This document shows positions 44,719 through 54,560 of a DNA stretch of 64,000 nucleotides, piece after piece. Every line of letters starts with the position of its first letter. Positions within the stretch are counted from its first letter, which is position 1. Under the pieces are notes generated by a model. It saw only the letters and a list, made by a program, of their open reading frames with translations, had not been told where the DNA came from and made no database searches. A program made the position numbers and the translations under genes. This stretch comes from Treponema sp. (GTDB lineage: Bacteria; Spirochaetota; Spirochaetia; Treponematales; Breznakiellaceae): positions 1,470 to 65,469 of the forward strand of contig WRIV01000012.1 in assembly GCA_009782555.1 (NCBI GenBank), in the 5' to 3' direction.

Positions 44719-47715
44719 ATGAAAAAAGGCGATCACATAAACGGATTTGAAATCCTTGATACGGTAAACCTAAAAGAACTCAATGCCATGGGAATTTGGG
44801 CCAGGCACAGGAGCGGCGCCGAAGTGTTCCATGTGCTTAATGATGATCCAGAAAACCTCTTCGGTTTTGCCTTTTCCACCGTTCCGGAGGACTCCACCGG
44901 GGCTGCCCACATTCTGGAACATTCGGTGCTTTGCGGATCCGAGCGGTATCCTCTAAAAGATGCCTTCGCTGTACTGGCCCAGGGGAGTCTTCAAACCTTT
45001 TTAAATGCCTGGACCTTCCCCGACAAAACGGTCTATCCCGCCAGTTCAGTAAACGAAAAGGATTACTTTAATCTGATGTCAGTCTACGGTGATGCGGTGT
45101 TTCATCCCCTGCTTTCGGAATGGACTTTTATGCAGGAAGGGTGGCGGCTTTGTTCCGCAAAGTCAGGGCTGGAATACACCGGTGTGGTGTACAACGAGAT
45201 GAAAGGCGCCTATTCCTCCATGGATACCTATGCGGGACTCTGGTCGATAAAGGCCGTAATGCCCGGCACTCCCTATGCCTTTGAATCCGGGGGCGATCCG
45301 GACTTTATCCCCAATTTAAGCTGGGAACAGCTTAAGGCCTTTCATCGTTCCCGCTATGCCCCGGCTAACTGCCGGATATTCCTGGCGGGAAATATCCCCA
45401 CAGAAAAACAGCTGGCCTTTCTGGACAGCCGCCTCCTGGCAGACCGGGAGCCGGGCCTGGCGGCGCCGGGGATCCCCAAAACAGAACGGTGGAACGAGCC
45501 GGCGGAACTGCGCATCCCTTGTCCCGGCAAGGAAAAACCCCAGGCCATGGTTTCCTGGCTTTGTACGGACAGCGCTGATCCCGCACAGACCATGGCCCTG
45601 GCCTGCTTGGCCGAAATTCTGCTGGGCCATGACGGTTCTCCCCTGGCCCGGGCTCTAGTTGAATCGGGCCTGGGTGAAGACATTTCCCCCTCCACGGGGC
45701 TGGAGGCGGAACTCCGGGAAACCGTATTCACCGTGGGACTGCGGGGAATTGCGGCGGAAAAAGGAAAGACCGAAGAAGCCTGCCGGTGTTTGGAAAACCT
45801 GATCCTAAAGGTATTGCAGGGGTTGGTAAAAGAAGGTATTCCCAAAGAAGAAATTGATGCGGCCCTGCTGTCCATGGAGTTTTCCCACCGGGAGATCAAG
45901 CGCTCTCACGGGCCCTATTCCCTTGTTTGGATGCGCCGGGCATTGCGGGGCTGGCTTTACGGAACGCTGCCCTGGGAATCTCTGCTCTTTGTGCCGGATT
46001 TTTCCGGGCTTAAACGGCTTATCACAGAAGGGGCGGCCCCCGGCGGATACAACCGGTACCTTGAATCGCTTATAGAAAAACATCTGCTGAACAATCCCCA
46101 CAGGGCTCTGATAGTCATCGAAGGAGAAGAAGACTATCTTGCCAAAAAGGAAAAGGAATGGGCGGATCGTCTTAAGGAAAAGGAAAAACAGTTAAGCAGG
46201 GCGGAAAAAAAACTGCTGGAGGAAAAAACCGCAACGCTGGAAAAAATTCAGGGCGAAACCGAAACCGCCGAAGCGCTGAGCAGCATTCCCCATCTTACCC
46301 TGCAGGATCTGGTTCCGGAAATTGAACGGGTTCCAGCGGAGTTCACCAATCTTGGTGAATCTCCCGGCCTGATCCATCCTCTCTTTACCAACGGAATCAG
46401 CTATGTTGATCTTGCTTTTCCCGTGGATGTGCTAAAACCGGAAGACTATCCCTGGCTTCCTTTCTTTGCCCGGGCGGTGGTTTCTATGGGACTTCCCGGC
46501 ATGGATTATGGCAAGGTGTCGGGCCTTCTCGCCCGGACCGCCGGGGGCTTTCATGCCCTGCTGGAAACCGGATCCGCCGCTCCGCAGTTTGCCAAAACCA
46601 TCTCGGAAGATTTATTGGCCCGGGACTGGATCATCTACCGGATCAAGGCCCTGGACGAAAAACTGCACGATGCCCTGGACCTGGCCCGGCGGCTTATAAC
46701 CGGGGCGGATTTTTCTGACCTTCGCCGCCTGCGGGATCTGGCGGTAGAAATGAAAAACGACGGTGATTCCAGCCTGGCTCCCATGGGGCATAACTATGCA
46801 TCGGGCCGGTCGGGAAAACTCTTTTCCCGATCTCGGGCGGTGGACGAATTGTGGAACGGCCTGGATCAAATTCCCTTTGCCCATGCCCTAGCGGCCATGG
46901 ACATGGGTGAACTTCGGGATCGTTTGATATATATCCGGGATGCCCTTGCTTCGGGGGGACTGTTTTTTAACCTTACCACATCAAAGGAAGGAATGGTAAA
47001 GTCTCTTGCCGCGGCGGCGCCGCTTGCTGCCTTTGGCAGGCCCCGGACGGCGAATCCTGAGTGCCGTAAAAAAGAAAACATGTTTTCCCTTTTGCATGCC
47101 AATCATGCGGGGGAAGTTTTTTCCTCCCCATCGCTCCAGGTTGGGTTTGCCGCCATGTCTCTTCCCGCTGCTTCCTACGGATCGCCGGAGCAGGCGGCGG
47201 AACTGGTTTTTTCCCATGAACTTTCCACCGGCGCCCTTTGGGAATCGATCAGGATGATGGGAGGAGCCTACGGCGCCTTTGCTCACCCCAACAGCCTGGA
47301 GGGAGTTTTTTCTTTTTCTACCTACCGGGATCCGGATCCGATCCGTTCGCTTGGATCATTCCCGGCGATTCTTGAAAAGCGGAGCTCCGAAGGAACCAAC
47401 GGGGATAATCTGGAAAAGGTTATCATCGGCGCCTTCGCCAGGGAAACCCGGCCCCACAGTCCGCAGGAAAAGGGCTTTTCCGAATTTTTGCGCCGCCTCT
47501 ACGGCATCAATGATGATCACCGCCTTTCCCGGCTTAAATGGATAGCGGCCCTTACGACAGAGGAAACCAACGCCGCGGCCCGCCGTCTGGCGGATGCTGC
47601 GCGGGCTGCCGCCGGTGAACCCCCGGGGACATGTCCGGTGATCATCGCAGGAAGCAAAACCGCAGAAAGGGCCGCAAAAAAACTAGGCCTGGAAATTACG
47701 GAATTGCCGGTCTAG
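44719..47715 (+). CDS. M16-family zinc metallopeptidase (PreP / M16C-like)
   Basis: 998 aa. Inverted zinc motif HILEHSVLCGS, followed downstream by ...VVYNEMKG. The length and four-domain layout are typical of PreP-like enzymes. Confidence 0.88.
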   Translation: MKKGDHINGFEILDTVNLKELNAMGIWARHRSGAEVFHVLNDDPENLFGFAFSTVPEDSTGAAHILEHSVLCGSERYPLKDAFAVLAQGSLQTFLNAWTFPDKTVYPASSVNEKDYFNLMSVYGDAVFHPLLSEWTFMQEGWRLCSAKSGLEYTGVVYNEMKGAYSSMDTYAGLWSIKAVMPGTPYAFESGGDPDFIPNLSWEQLKAFHRSRYAPANCRIFLAGNIPTEKQLAFLDSRLLADREPGLAAPGIPKTERWNEPAELRIPCPGKEKPQAMVSWLCTDSADPAQTMALACLAEILLGHDGSPLARALVESGLGEDISPSTGLEAELRETVFTVGLRGIAAEKGKTEEACRCLENLILKVLQGLVKEGIPKEEIDAALLSMEFSHREIKRSHGPYSLVWMRRALRGWLYGTLPWESLLFVPDFSGLKRLITEGAAPGGYNRYLESLIEKHLLNNPHRALIVIEGEEDYLAKKEKEWADRLKEKEKQLSRAEKKLLEEKTATLEKIQGETETAEALSSIPHLTLQDLVPEIERVPAEFTNLGESPGLIHPLFTNGISYVDLAFPVDVLKPEDYPWLPFFARAVVSMGLPGMDYGKVSGLLARTAGGFHALLETGSAAPQFAKTISEDLLARDWIIYRIKALDEKLHDALDLARRLITGADFSDLRRLRDLAVEMKNDGDSSLAPMGHNYASGRSGKLFSRSRAVDELWNGLDQIPFAHALAAMDMGELRDRLIYIRDALASGGLFFNLTTSKEGMVKSLAAAAPLAAFGRPRTANPECRKKENMFSLLHANHAGEVFSSPSLQVGFAAMSLPAASYGSPEQAAELVFSHELSTGALWESIRMMGGAYGAFAHPNSLEGVFSFSTYRDPDPIRSLGSFPAILEKRSSEGTNGDNLEKVIIGAFARETRPHSPQEKGFSEFLRRLYGINDDHRLSRLKWIAALTTEETNAAARRLADAARAAAGEPPGTCPVIIAGSKTAERAAKKLGLEITELPV

Positions 47716-47741
47716 CATCTTTGCCGCAGGAGGCGTCTTAC

Positions 47742-48272
47742 ATGGATTATCTTTTGACAGCAGTCCTTTCTCTGGTTCCAATCGTTGAATTACGGGGGGG
47801 CATACCCTTTGCCATACTTAGGGGCATACCCTGGTATATAGCCGGACCTTTTGCCGCAGCGGTGAACATTCTGGTGGCTCCCCTCTGCTGGCTTTTTCTT
47901 TCGACCATACACAGGCTCTTCTATGGAACCGCCGCAGACAGCGGTTCAGATCCGGCAGATAATTCAAGGACGGCAATAAAAGGTTTTGCCTGGTACCGCA
48001 GACTCTTTGATCGTTTTATAGAAAAGGCCCGGCAAAAGCTCCGGGGCGGAATAGACAAATGGGGTGTCCTGGGGGTGGCGGTTTTTGTGGCCATTCCCCT
48101 GCCTGGCACCGGCGCTTGGACCGGTACCCTAGGGGCCTGGGTGCTGGGCCTTTCCAAGCGGAAAACCCTTCCCGCGGTAATTCTGGGGGTCATCGCCGCC
48201 GGGATCATGGTTACCGCCGTCATGGTCCTGGGATTAAACGCCTTTAGGGTTTTTGTAAAAACGCCGGTTTAG
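47742..48272 (+). CDS. Small multidrug-export-like membrane protein (COG2426 type)
   Basis: Start set to the ATG at 47742, which has a GCAGGAGG RBS. 176 aa. Begins MDYLLTAVLSLVPIVELRGGIPFA. The ORF-track N-terminal extension overlaps the M16 gene. Confidence 0.7.
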   Translation: MDYLLTAVLSLVPIVELRGGIPFAILRGIPWYIAGPFAAAVNILVAPLCWLFLSTIHRLFYGTAADSGSDPADNSRTAIKGFAWYRRLFDRFIEKARQKLRGGIDKWGVLGVAVFVAIPLPGTGAWTGTLGAWVLGLSKRKTLPAVILGVIAAGIMVTAVMVLGLNAFRVFVKTPV

Positions 48273-48310
48273 CCGGGCCATGCAGCAGGTTTTTGCCGGC
48301 TGCCGGCGGG

Positions 48311-51058
48311 TTATTTTTCCGTCAGATTAAAGACCCCGTCCCAGCTGTCATCGGGGGTTTTTTTTAGGTATTGTTCACAGCGTTTTAAGTAGAGCGGGGC
48401 CGGGCCGTTTTCTTCTATGGAAAGAAGTTCCCTGAATCCGTCCGCCGCTTTTTCCCAGGATCGCTGTTCAAAATAGTCCAGAGCCTCGTGAAAAAGGGTA
48501 ACCTGTTTTTTTTGTTCTTCCGGGGCTTCTTCCAAAATGTTCAGTACATTGAAAAGCTGAACAGGTTCGCTCTTTCCCACCACCCGGACCTTGTCCAGGC
48601 GGCGGACCAGAAGGCGGCCTTCGGTCTGCCGGATCGTATCGCCCGAAGCAAGAATCCAGGTACCGTATTGTTTGTTTACCCCTTCCAGGCGGGCCGCCAG
48701 GTTTACCGCATCTCCCATGATGGTATAATTCATCTTTTTTTCCGTCCCCATGTTGCCCGCCACCATATCTCCGGTATTAATGCCGATCCGGGTATAAAGG
48801 GGTACGGGAGAAAGGTTCTGTTCCGCCACGGCCTTGTTTAATACTTCTTCGGCCTGTTTTATTTTTACCGCCGACAGGCAGGCCAAGAGAGCATGATCGG
48901 GCTGTTCCAGGGGAGCGCCGAAAAAGGCGATAATCGCATCTCCTTCGTATTTGTCGATGGTTCCCTGTTCATCCAGGATTATGTTGCTCATCGCCGTAAG
49001 GTAGCGGTTCAGAAGGTTTACAAGGTCTTCCGGGGCAAGCTGTTCGGAAATGGTAGAAAAGCCTCGGATATCGGTAAAGAGGGCGCTCATCCGGCGCTTG
49101 GTTCCCCCAAGCTGGAGCAGCGATGGGTTCCGGGCAATTTCGTCCGCCACCGCCTCGGAGGTGTAGGTAGCAAAGGCCTTGCGGTAAAACTTTTTTTCCC
49201 GTTCCGAACCGGCATAGGAAATTGTTTCCCGGATAACGGCGGCGGTAATTATGGCCAGGACAATTCCCAGGGGAGGAAAGAAAACCCCGGTAAACCGGAA
49301 GATAAGGATGGCACCGATAAAGATCAAAAGGGCGCCGGAAAAACCAAAGACCGCCCTGCGTACCGGTGCAAAAGAGGCGGTAACCAGAAATAACAGGGGC
49401 GTTAGAAGAAGGGTTAGCATGATCCGCCACCACATATTTAAAGGCGTAATAAAAGATTCGGACAGGATCGTATCCAACACCACCCCATGGGTGCCGACAT
49501 TGTTGTATTTTCCCCAGAAAGGATTTGCTCCATAGTCGGTGGTTCCCGTATCAACCCTGCCCAGGATGCAGAAGTTGTCCCGGACAGCCTCTTCTATAAG
49601 GGAGCTTATTTCGCTGTACCAGTCCAAATATCCTGCAAGATATCCGGAGATCATTTCGATATCTTCGGCGGCTTTTTTAATTGCACCGGAAGAAGAAACA
49701 TCCTGTTCAGCAAGGGAGGCGGCCACGGCCATTACTCTGGTTCCTGGATCAAGGTCCAGAAGCCTTTGGATTTGAGAGCGGCTTTGGGAGCGGCATTCAA
49801 GATACTCATCAAAGGCTTCGTCTGAACAGTCTTCCAGGGCCAGTGCTTTGGCGGCCCGGGCGGAATCGAACAGTTTATCCAGTTCCCAGACAATAATGGG
49901 AATAGCCGCCAGGTCAGGATCAAACTGGGCAAAAAAAGGAATATCTACATAAAGAAATTCCCGGCTGAACGCTTCTAGTTTTGCTTCAATTTCTTCCAGT
50001 TGGGAAAATTCATAAAAGGAAACATGGCGGTAACTGTCCACGTAATCCTCCGGGGGCCAGTCGAGCATCATCCGGCCTTCGCCGTCCAGGGGAATAACAA
50101 TGTCTTTCTCTCCCCCAGGGAGCCGGGCCCCTTTTATAGCCAGTTTCCGGCTGCTCAATTCAATTTGGGGGCTGCCCAGGTAATCCATCAGGGGAGCAAA
50201 GGCAAGCTGGAAATACCAGTGATCATAAACATTCTGGGCAAGATAAATTCTGCGCCTGACCCCGTCGACATCAATTTCGACATTGGTATAACCGGCTCCC
50301 TTTCCTGCCTGGGCAAAAGAAGGAAGGGGAGGGAGTATGTCGATAAAGGGTCCCTTCCGGGCAGAAGGCAGGGCATGGATGGACTGGGAAAAACGTTCCT
50401 CCGCCAGGGAACGGCGTTCGGCCTGTTCGCCGGAAAGTTCATCGCTGCGGAGGTTCAGGGTAACCCAGCTTTTTCCGAACAGGGCGGATGCCTGGGCCAG
50501 GTAGAGGTCGTTATCCCGGGCAATGCCTTGGGCCCTGGAAAAGAGGTCTGTGTATTCATCGTCGATAATGCCGGAAAAGTCCGTTTCCAAGGCGTCAATA
50601 TCGGCACGGCCCATTCTGCCCGATTTAAGGGCGGAAAAAATATCCGATGCGCTGGATTTAATTCCGGAAAAGGCCCGGTCAAAATCCATGGCCAGCCCCT
50701 GGTTAAGGTAAATACTGTCCACCCCCTGGGGCCCCTTGTCGATAAACTCAATATCAAAAATGGCCGCCCGGGCGCCGTATTCCTTGAGCCGGAGAAGGCC
50801 GTCGGCGGTAATCGACCGGGGCCAGGGAAAAACGCCGTTGTAGGCGACAGCGGGATCGTCCACATCCAGAAAAACTACATTGTTTATCCGTTCCCGCTTT
50901 GCCCTAAAGTGCAGAAAAAAATCGTAGACCCTTTCTACCATGGGAGCAAAGCTTTCCAGCGAAAAGAAAAAAGAAAAGACCGCCGCCGCGGCAAGCCCCA
51001 TAAGGGCGCTTTTAGCGGCGTTTTTTTCCGCGTTCCCAAGGTTTTTCCAGAAATTCAT
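48311..51058 (-). CDS. CHASE2-domain membrane sensor fused to a class III adenylate cyclase
   Basis: 915 aa. N-terminal TM, a large extracytoplasmic CHASE2-like region and three TM segments. Cyclase core: SALFTDIRGFSTISE...IDKYEGDAIIAFFGAP...GINTGDMVAGNMG...YTIMGDAVNLAARLE. Confidence 0.88.
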   Translation of the reverse strand: MNFWKNLGNAEKNAAKSALMGLAAAAVFSFFFSLESFAPMVERVYDFFLHFRAKRERINNVVFLDVDDPAVAYNGVFPWPRSITADGLLRLKEYGARAAIFDIEFIDKGPQGVDSIYLNQGLAMDFDRAFSGIKSSASDIFSALKSGRMGRADIDALETDFSGIIDDEYTDLFSRAQGIARDNDLYLAQASALFGKSWVTLNLRSDELSGEQAERRSLAEERFSQSIHALPSARKGPFIDILPPLPSFAQAGKGAGYTNVEIDVDGVRRRIYLAQNVYDHWYFQLAFAPLMDYLGSPQIELSSRKLAIKGARLPGGEKDIVIPLDGEGRMMLDWPPEDYVDSYRHVSFYEFSQLEEIEAKLEAFSREFLYVDIPFFAQFDPDLAAIPIIVWELDKLFDSARAAKALALEDCSDEAFDEYLECRSQSRSQIQRLLDLDPGTRVMAVAASLAEQDVSSSGAIKKAAEDIEMISGYLAGYLDWYSEISSLIEEAVRDNFCILGRVDTGTTDYGANPFWGKYNNVGTHGVVLDTILSESFITPLNMWWRIMLTLLLTPLLFLVTASFAPVRRAVFGFSGALLIFIGAILIFRFTGVFFPPLGIVLAIITAAVIRETISYAGSEREKKFYRKAFATYTSEAVADEIARNPSLLQLGGTKRRMSALFTDIRGFSTISEQLAPEDLVNLLNRYLTAMSNIILDEQGTIDKYEGDAIIAFFGAPLEQPDHALLACLSAVKIKQAEEVLNKAVAEQNLSPVPLYTRIGINTGDMVAGNMGTEKKMNYTIMGDAVNLAARLEGVNKQYGTWILASGDTIRQTEGRLLVRRLDKVRVVGKSEPVQLFNVLNILEEAPEEQKKQVTLFHEALDYFEQRSWEKAADGFRELLSIEENGPAPLYLKRCEQYLKKTPDDSWDGVFNLTEK

Positions 51059-51080
51059 ACCGGCCTGTGCAGTGCGTTTT

Positions 51081-51752
51081 CTAATTAAAATTCAGCGTAA
51101 AGGCAAATTCAACCTTGGGAATCAGCATATCATCGTGGTGCTTGCCGGAATCGGTTCCCGCGGGCGGTACCGGCATCAGCGCCGCGGCGCTGGTTACTAT
51201 CGGGTCCGCGGCATTATCGTTTTTCCTGACCTGGCTTGTGGATCCGGAACTGACCAGCATGGGCCTGCCTTTTTTGCCCTGAAAGACAACGATGCCCTTC
51301 TGCACCGCCAGGCGGCGGGTATCAAAGTCAAAACCGGTTCCCCGAACCGAGGCGGTGGCGCTGGGACTCCGGACGGTCATATTGGTCCTGGTTCCCGCCG
51401 GGGGGGTTACATCCACCCGGACCCTTCCTGCCTGTAAATTCAGGTTGATTGTTTCCGTCCCCGCAGAGGAACTGAGTTCCGCCAGAGACAGGCGGGTCAG
51501 GGGCCGGACGGTAATAACCGAACTTCCTATGGCAATAAGGGCGGTACTCTTAAATCCCGTGGATACAATGGTATCCCGGGCCACCGTGTCCCCGGCCCTG
51601 GCGGGAACAAAGGCCGCCTGGCCGGCCCGCTTAAGTTCCACCGTGCCGGAAAGTTCCTTGATCACCCCGGTTTGGGCAAAGGCCTGTCCCGCAGCAAAAA
51701 AACACAAAAGGCCCGCTAGGATCAATGCCTTATGTTTTTGTCCCTGTTTCAT
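51081..51752 (-). CDS. Secreted FecR-domain protein
   Basis: 223 aa with a signal peptide. FecR-like beta-sandwich motif: GTVELKRAGQAAFVPARAGDTVARDTIVSTGFKSTALIAIG. Confidence 0.75.
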   Translation of the reverse strand: MKQGQKHKALILAGLLCFFAAGQAFAQTGVIKELSGTVELKRAGQAAFVPARAGDTVARDTIVSTGFKSTALIAIGSSVITVRPLTRLSLAELSSSAGTETINLNLQAGRVRVDVTPPAGTRTNMTVRSPSATASVRGTGFDFDTRRLAVQKGIVVFQGKKGRPMLVSSGSTSQVRKNDNAADPIVTSAAALMPVPPAGTDSGKHHDDMLIPKVEFAFTLNFN

Positions 51753-51779
51753 ATCAACTCCTTTACATCTGTTCCGCTT

Positions 51780-52988
51780 CTAGAATAACGCCAATGACAC
51801 CCTTAGTTCCACCTGCCAGAGCAAGCCGCCCTGGGGATCGGCATTTCCCAGCATGGGCAGAAACACTCCGCCCCCCGCTCTGATTTGAAGGTCCGACACG
51901 GGACTCCATACAAGTTTGCCATAGAATTCATTTCCTAAAAAATAACCGTCCCTTCCGCCGGGAATCCCGTCGTAGGTCCGCATATCGCTTATAACAAAAT
52001 AGGAACTAGAAAGGCTGAACGAAAAACTCTCCTGGAGCCGGGCGGTATAATCCAGATTGAGCATGGAAAGGCCGGAAAGTTTTGCCTTTAAAATGTTTCC
52101 CTGGGGCTGGGTGGTAAGGGGAACAAAGGCCCGGACCGTGTCGTTTACCGTACCGCCGGAAAATCTACCGGTAAACATAAGCCGGTCGTCAAGAGAGGTC
52201 GGCAGGTACCAGGCAATTCCCAGTTCCCCCGCAAAGGAAATCTGGAAATTCCTGGAAACTTCCATTGTTTCGACACAGGCTCCCAGGTCAAGGACAAAAC
52301 TTTGAACCGGGATGGAGAGTTTGGCCGTAAGGTACTGGCTGTGGTAGAGCTCTTCGCCGCCGGTCAGATCGAACTGGCCGATAAGGGCCGCTTTAAGCCT
52401 GACCAGTTCTTTTAGTCCCGGATGCTCCCAGTCCAGGGCCGCCAAAAACCGGCGGGGGGCAAAATAGGTATTAGCAAAATCGCTGTAGTCCACCTTGGAG
52501 TCGTACAGTCCCAGTTCGTCGTAGGTCATGGTGATATTGGCGTTCTTTTTGTAGAGAAACCCCGTATACCAGGCGCCAAGGCTCCAGGTTCCCCGGGGCG
52601 TATCGTAGGTAACCCTGGCTCCGTCAAAAAGACCGCTGGCAATAAAGCCCAGGGGATCCGAATAGGGTATGCGGCCCGCCCTTAGTTCGATAACATCCCA
52701 GCGGCCTTCCAGCTCGGTCCGCAGGAGTTCCGGCACCATGGTCCATTCCTCCTGGCCGTACTCTACTGTGGCTCCGGCGGCAATATACAGATCCCCCCAA
52801 TCGTTCAAGGGGGTAGAAAACCAGGGGATCAAGACTCCGGTATAGCTTAGTTCGTTTGTATCCGCGGTGTTTTCGTATGACCCGTTCTGATCCAGCAGAA
52901 GTCCCAGATCGTAGGCAGAAAGAGGGGGCAGGGCCGGTACAAGGGCCAGTAATAGGACCAGGCTTTTTATAAGGAATGATCGCTGCAT
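51780..52988 (-). CDS. Predicted outer-membrane beta-barrel protein
   Basis: 402 aa with a signal peptide. Alternating hydrophobic/aromatic pattern, with the C-terminus ending ...VSLALF. Its start overlaps the upstream stop (TAATG). Confidence 0.6.
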   Translation of the reverse strand: MQRSFLIKSLVLLLALVPALPPLSAYDLGLLLDQNGSYENTADTNELSYTGVLIPWFSTPLNDWGDLYIAAGATVEYGQEEWTMVPELLRTELEGRWDVIELRAGRIPYSDPLGFIASGLFDGARVTYDTPRGTWSLGAWYTGFLYKKNANITMTYDELGLYDSKVDYSDFANTYFAPRRFLAALDWEHPGLKELVRLKAALIGQFDLTGGEELYHSQYLTAKLSIPVQSFVLDLGACVETMEVSRNFQISFAGELGIAWYLPTSLDDRLMFTGRFSGGTVNDTVRAFVPLTTQPQGNILKAKLSGLSMLNLDYTARLQESFSFSLSSSYFVISDMRTYDGIPGGRDGYFLGNEFYGKLVWSPVSDLQIRAGGGVFLPMLGNADPQGGLLWQVELRVSLALF

Positions 52989-53962
52989 TAGTGCCTTCTC
53001 CCCCTGTTTTCCGTATGAACGATGGTGATTTCGACCCGCCGGTTCTGGATCCTGCCCGCTTCGGTATCGTTGCTGACCATGGGCTGTTCTGCGCCGTAAC
53101 CCCGGATGGTTATTTCTTCCGCCGTTCTGGCTCCGATGGAAACAAGGTAAAATGCCACGGTCCGGGCCCGCTCCATGCTGGTCCGCTGCTGTTCCTCCCT
53201 GGTTCCCGCCAGGGCGGTATGGCCCGTAACCAGAATATTCCGTTCCGGCACATTTTCCAGGATCCGGGCGATTTCCCGGAGCTTGGCCTTTTCCGAATCC
53301 AAGAGTTCCGCCGAATTGGGCCTGAACTGGATGTTAGAAAGGCTTATGGTTACCCCTTCGCTGGTAACCCGGGCGCTGGTGTCGGCTACATGCTGGGCTT
53401 CTAACTGGGCGTTAATATCCCTGGCAAGCTGTTCTTCGGCCTTGCTTGCCGGGGCTGTTTCTGTCTTTTTGGTTTCCGGTTTCTTTATTTCTCTTTTTGC
53501 CGCCCTTTCTGCTGCCATTTCCCGCAGGGCAAAAAGGCGGTTAATATAATAGAGAAAATCCTCTCCGGAAACGGTCATGTCCGGATCGATCCTGCCTTCG
53601 ATTACCTCCCGGTATACCAGTTCCCGGTAGGCATAGTGGGGGTTTTTGGCCAGGGAATAAAAGATGCCGCCCTTTATGTCAAAGGAGCCCATTAAAAGCA
53701 GGGCTATGCCGTTAAGCCGGGCCGTGTCCTGGGGGGCGGCATCCTTTGGCAGCCATTTCCGTTCTGCCGCATAGGCAAAGGCATCGGCGGGATTGGAAAA
53801 GACCGCCCTGTCCGCCGCTTCCAGGGCAAAAACCGCCGCCCCGGCCCAGGTAATGGCGGGGGTGTCCAGGAGGGTTTCTATTTTTTGGGCCGTCTGGGCC
53901 CAGAGGAGGGGGGAAAACAAAACCCCCAGGACTGCCCAGAGGGGTATCTTGGGCTGGATCAT
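52988..53962 (-). CDS. OmpA-family (OmpA_C-like peptidoglycan-binding) protein
   Basis: 324 aa with a signal peptide. C-terminal OmpA-like motif: ILVTGHTALAGTREEQQRTSMERARTVAFYLVSIG...YGAEQPMVSNDTEAGRIQNRRVEITI. Confidence 0.8.
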   Translation of the reverse strand: MIQPKIPLWAVLGVLFSPLLWAQTAQKIETLLDTPAITWAGAAVFALEAADRAVFSNPADAFAYAAERKWLPKDAAPQDTARLNGIALLLMGSFDIKGGIFYSLAKNPHYAYRELVYREVIEGRIDPDMTVSGEDFLYYINRLFALREMAAERAAKREIKKPETKKTETAPASKAEEQLARDINAQLEAQHVADTSARVTSEGVTISLSNIQFRPNSAELLDSEKAKLREIARILENVPERNILVTGHTALAGTREEQQRTSMERARTVAFYLVSIGARTAEEITIRGYGAEQPMVSNDTEAGRIQNRRVEITIVHTENRGRRH

Positions 53963-54005
53963 GCAATCTCCTTGAATTGTTCTTTATTTTTTGTCATAAT
54001 TTTCT

Positions 54006-54212
54006 GTGGAGATAACCATGACGGAACGCGCTGATTTGTTAAAAGAAATAGAGGCTCTTCCGGCAGCTTGTTTGAGTGATGTAATTGATTTTGTTGCGTG
54101 GATAAAACAACGAAAACTGCCGCAAATACCTGAGACCATGCTGTTAAGCGAGGCTGCTTTGTCAAAGGATTGGGACACGTTGGAAGAGAATACAGCATGG
54201 GCCAATTTGTAA
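54006..54212 (+). CDS. Small antitoxin-like protein (DUF2281-like)
   Basis: 68 aa. Overlaps the start of the downstream PemK/MazF-like gene by 16 nt. The sequence LLKEIEALPAACLSDVIDFVAWIKQ resembles antitoxins paired with MazF toxins. Confidence 0.6.
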   Translation: MEITMTERADLLKEIEALPAACLSDVIDFVAWIKQRKLPQIPETMLLSEAALSKDWDTLEENTAWANL

Positions 54213-54529
54213 AAGGCGATGTTGTGATCGTTCCTTTTCCGTTTACAGATCTGTCAGGCAGTAAAAAACGTCCAGCTTTTGTTGTTGCCGATCTGCCAGG
54301 GGATGACATTATTCTGTGCCAAATAACCAGTAAATCCAAATCCGATCCTTTTGCACTTCCTGTAAAAGCCCATGATTTTATTTCAGGCGGTCTGCCGGTT
54401 GACAGTTTTATCCGCCCGAATAAAATATTCACCGCCGACAAAAACCTGATTCTTTCCGTGGCCGGCCGTCTTTGTGAAACAAAAATCTGTGCCGCCCTTG
54501 ATACGATCATAACAACTGTTTCGTCCTGA
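54197..54529 (+). CDS. mazF: PemK/MazF-family toxin (mRNA interferase)
   Basis: Start set to the Met at 54197 (MGQFVKGDVVIVPFPFTDLSGSKKRPAFVV...). 110 aa with the characteristic SH3-like N-terminus of MazF/PemK. Confidence 0.8.
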   Translation: MGQFVKGDVVIVPFPFTDLSGSKKRPAFVVADLPGDDIILCQITSKSKSDPFALPVKAHDFISGGLPVDSFIRPNKIFTADKNLILSVAGRLCETKICAALDTIITTVSS

Positions 54530-54560
54530 TACGCATCTTATTAAATCCCCCGCCAGGCTT

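Noticed and set aside
47631-47741. N-terminal extension of the small export protein ORF (MSGDHRRKQNRRKGRKK...).
   Set aside because: The extension overlaps the 3' end of the M16 peptidase gene in another frame. A strong GCAGGAGG RBS precedes the internal ATG at 47742, where the conserved family N-terminus begins.
50000-51088. 362-aa plus-strand ORF.
   Set aside because: It is antisense to the CHASE2 cyclase gene, has no recognisable motifs and shows the composition typical of a shadow frame.
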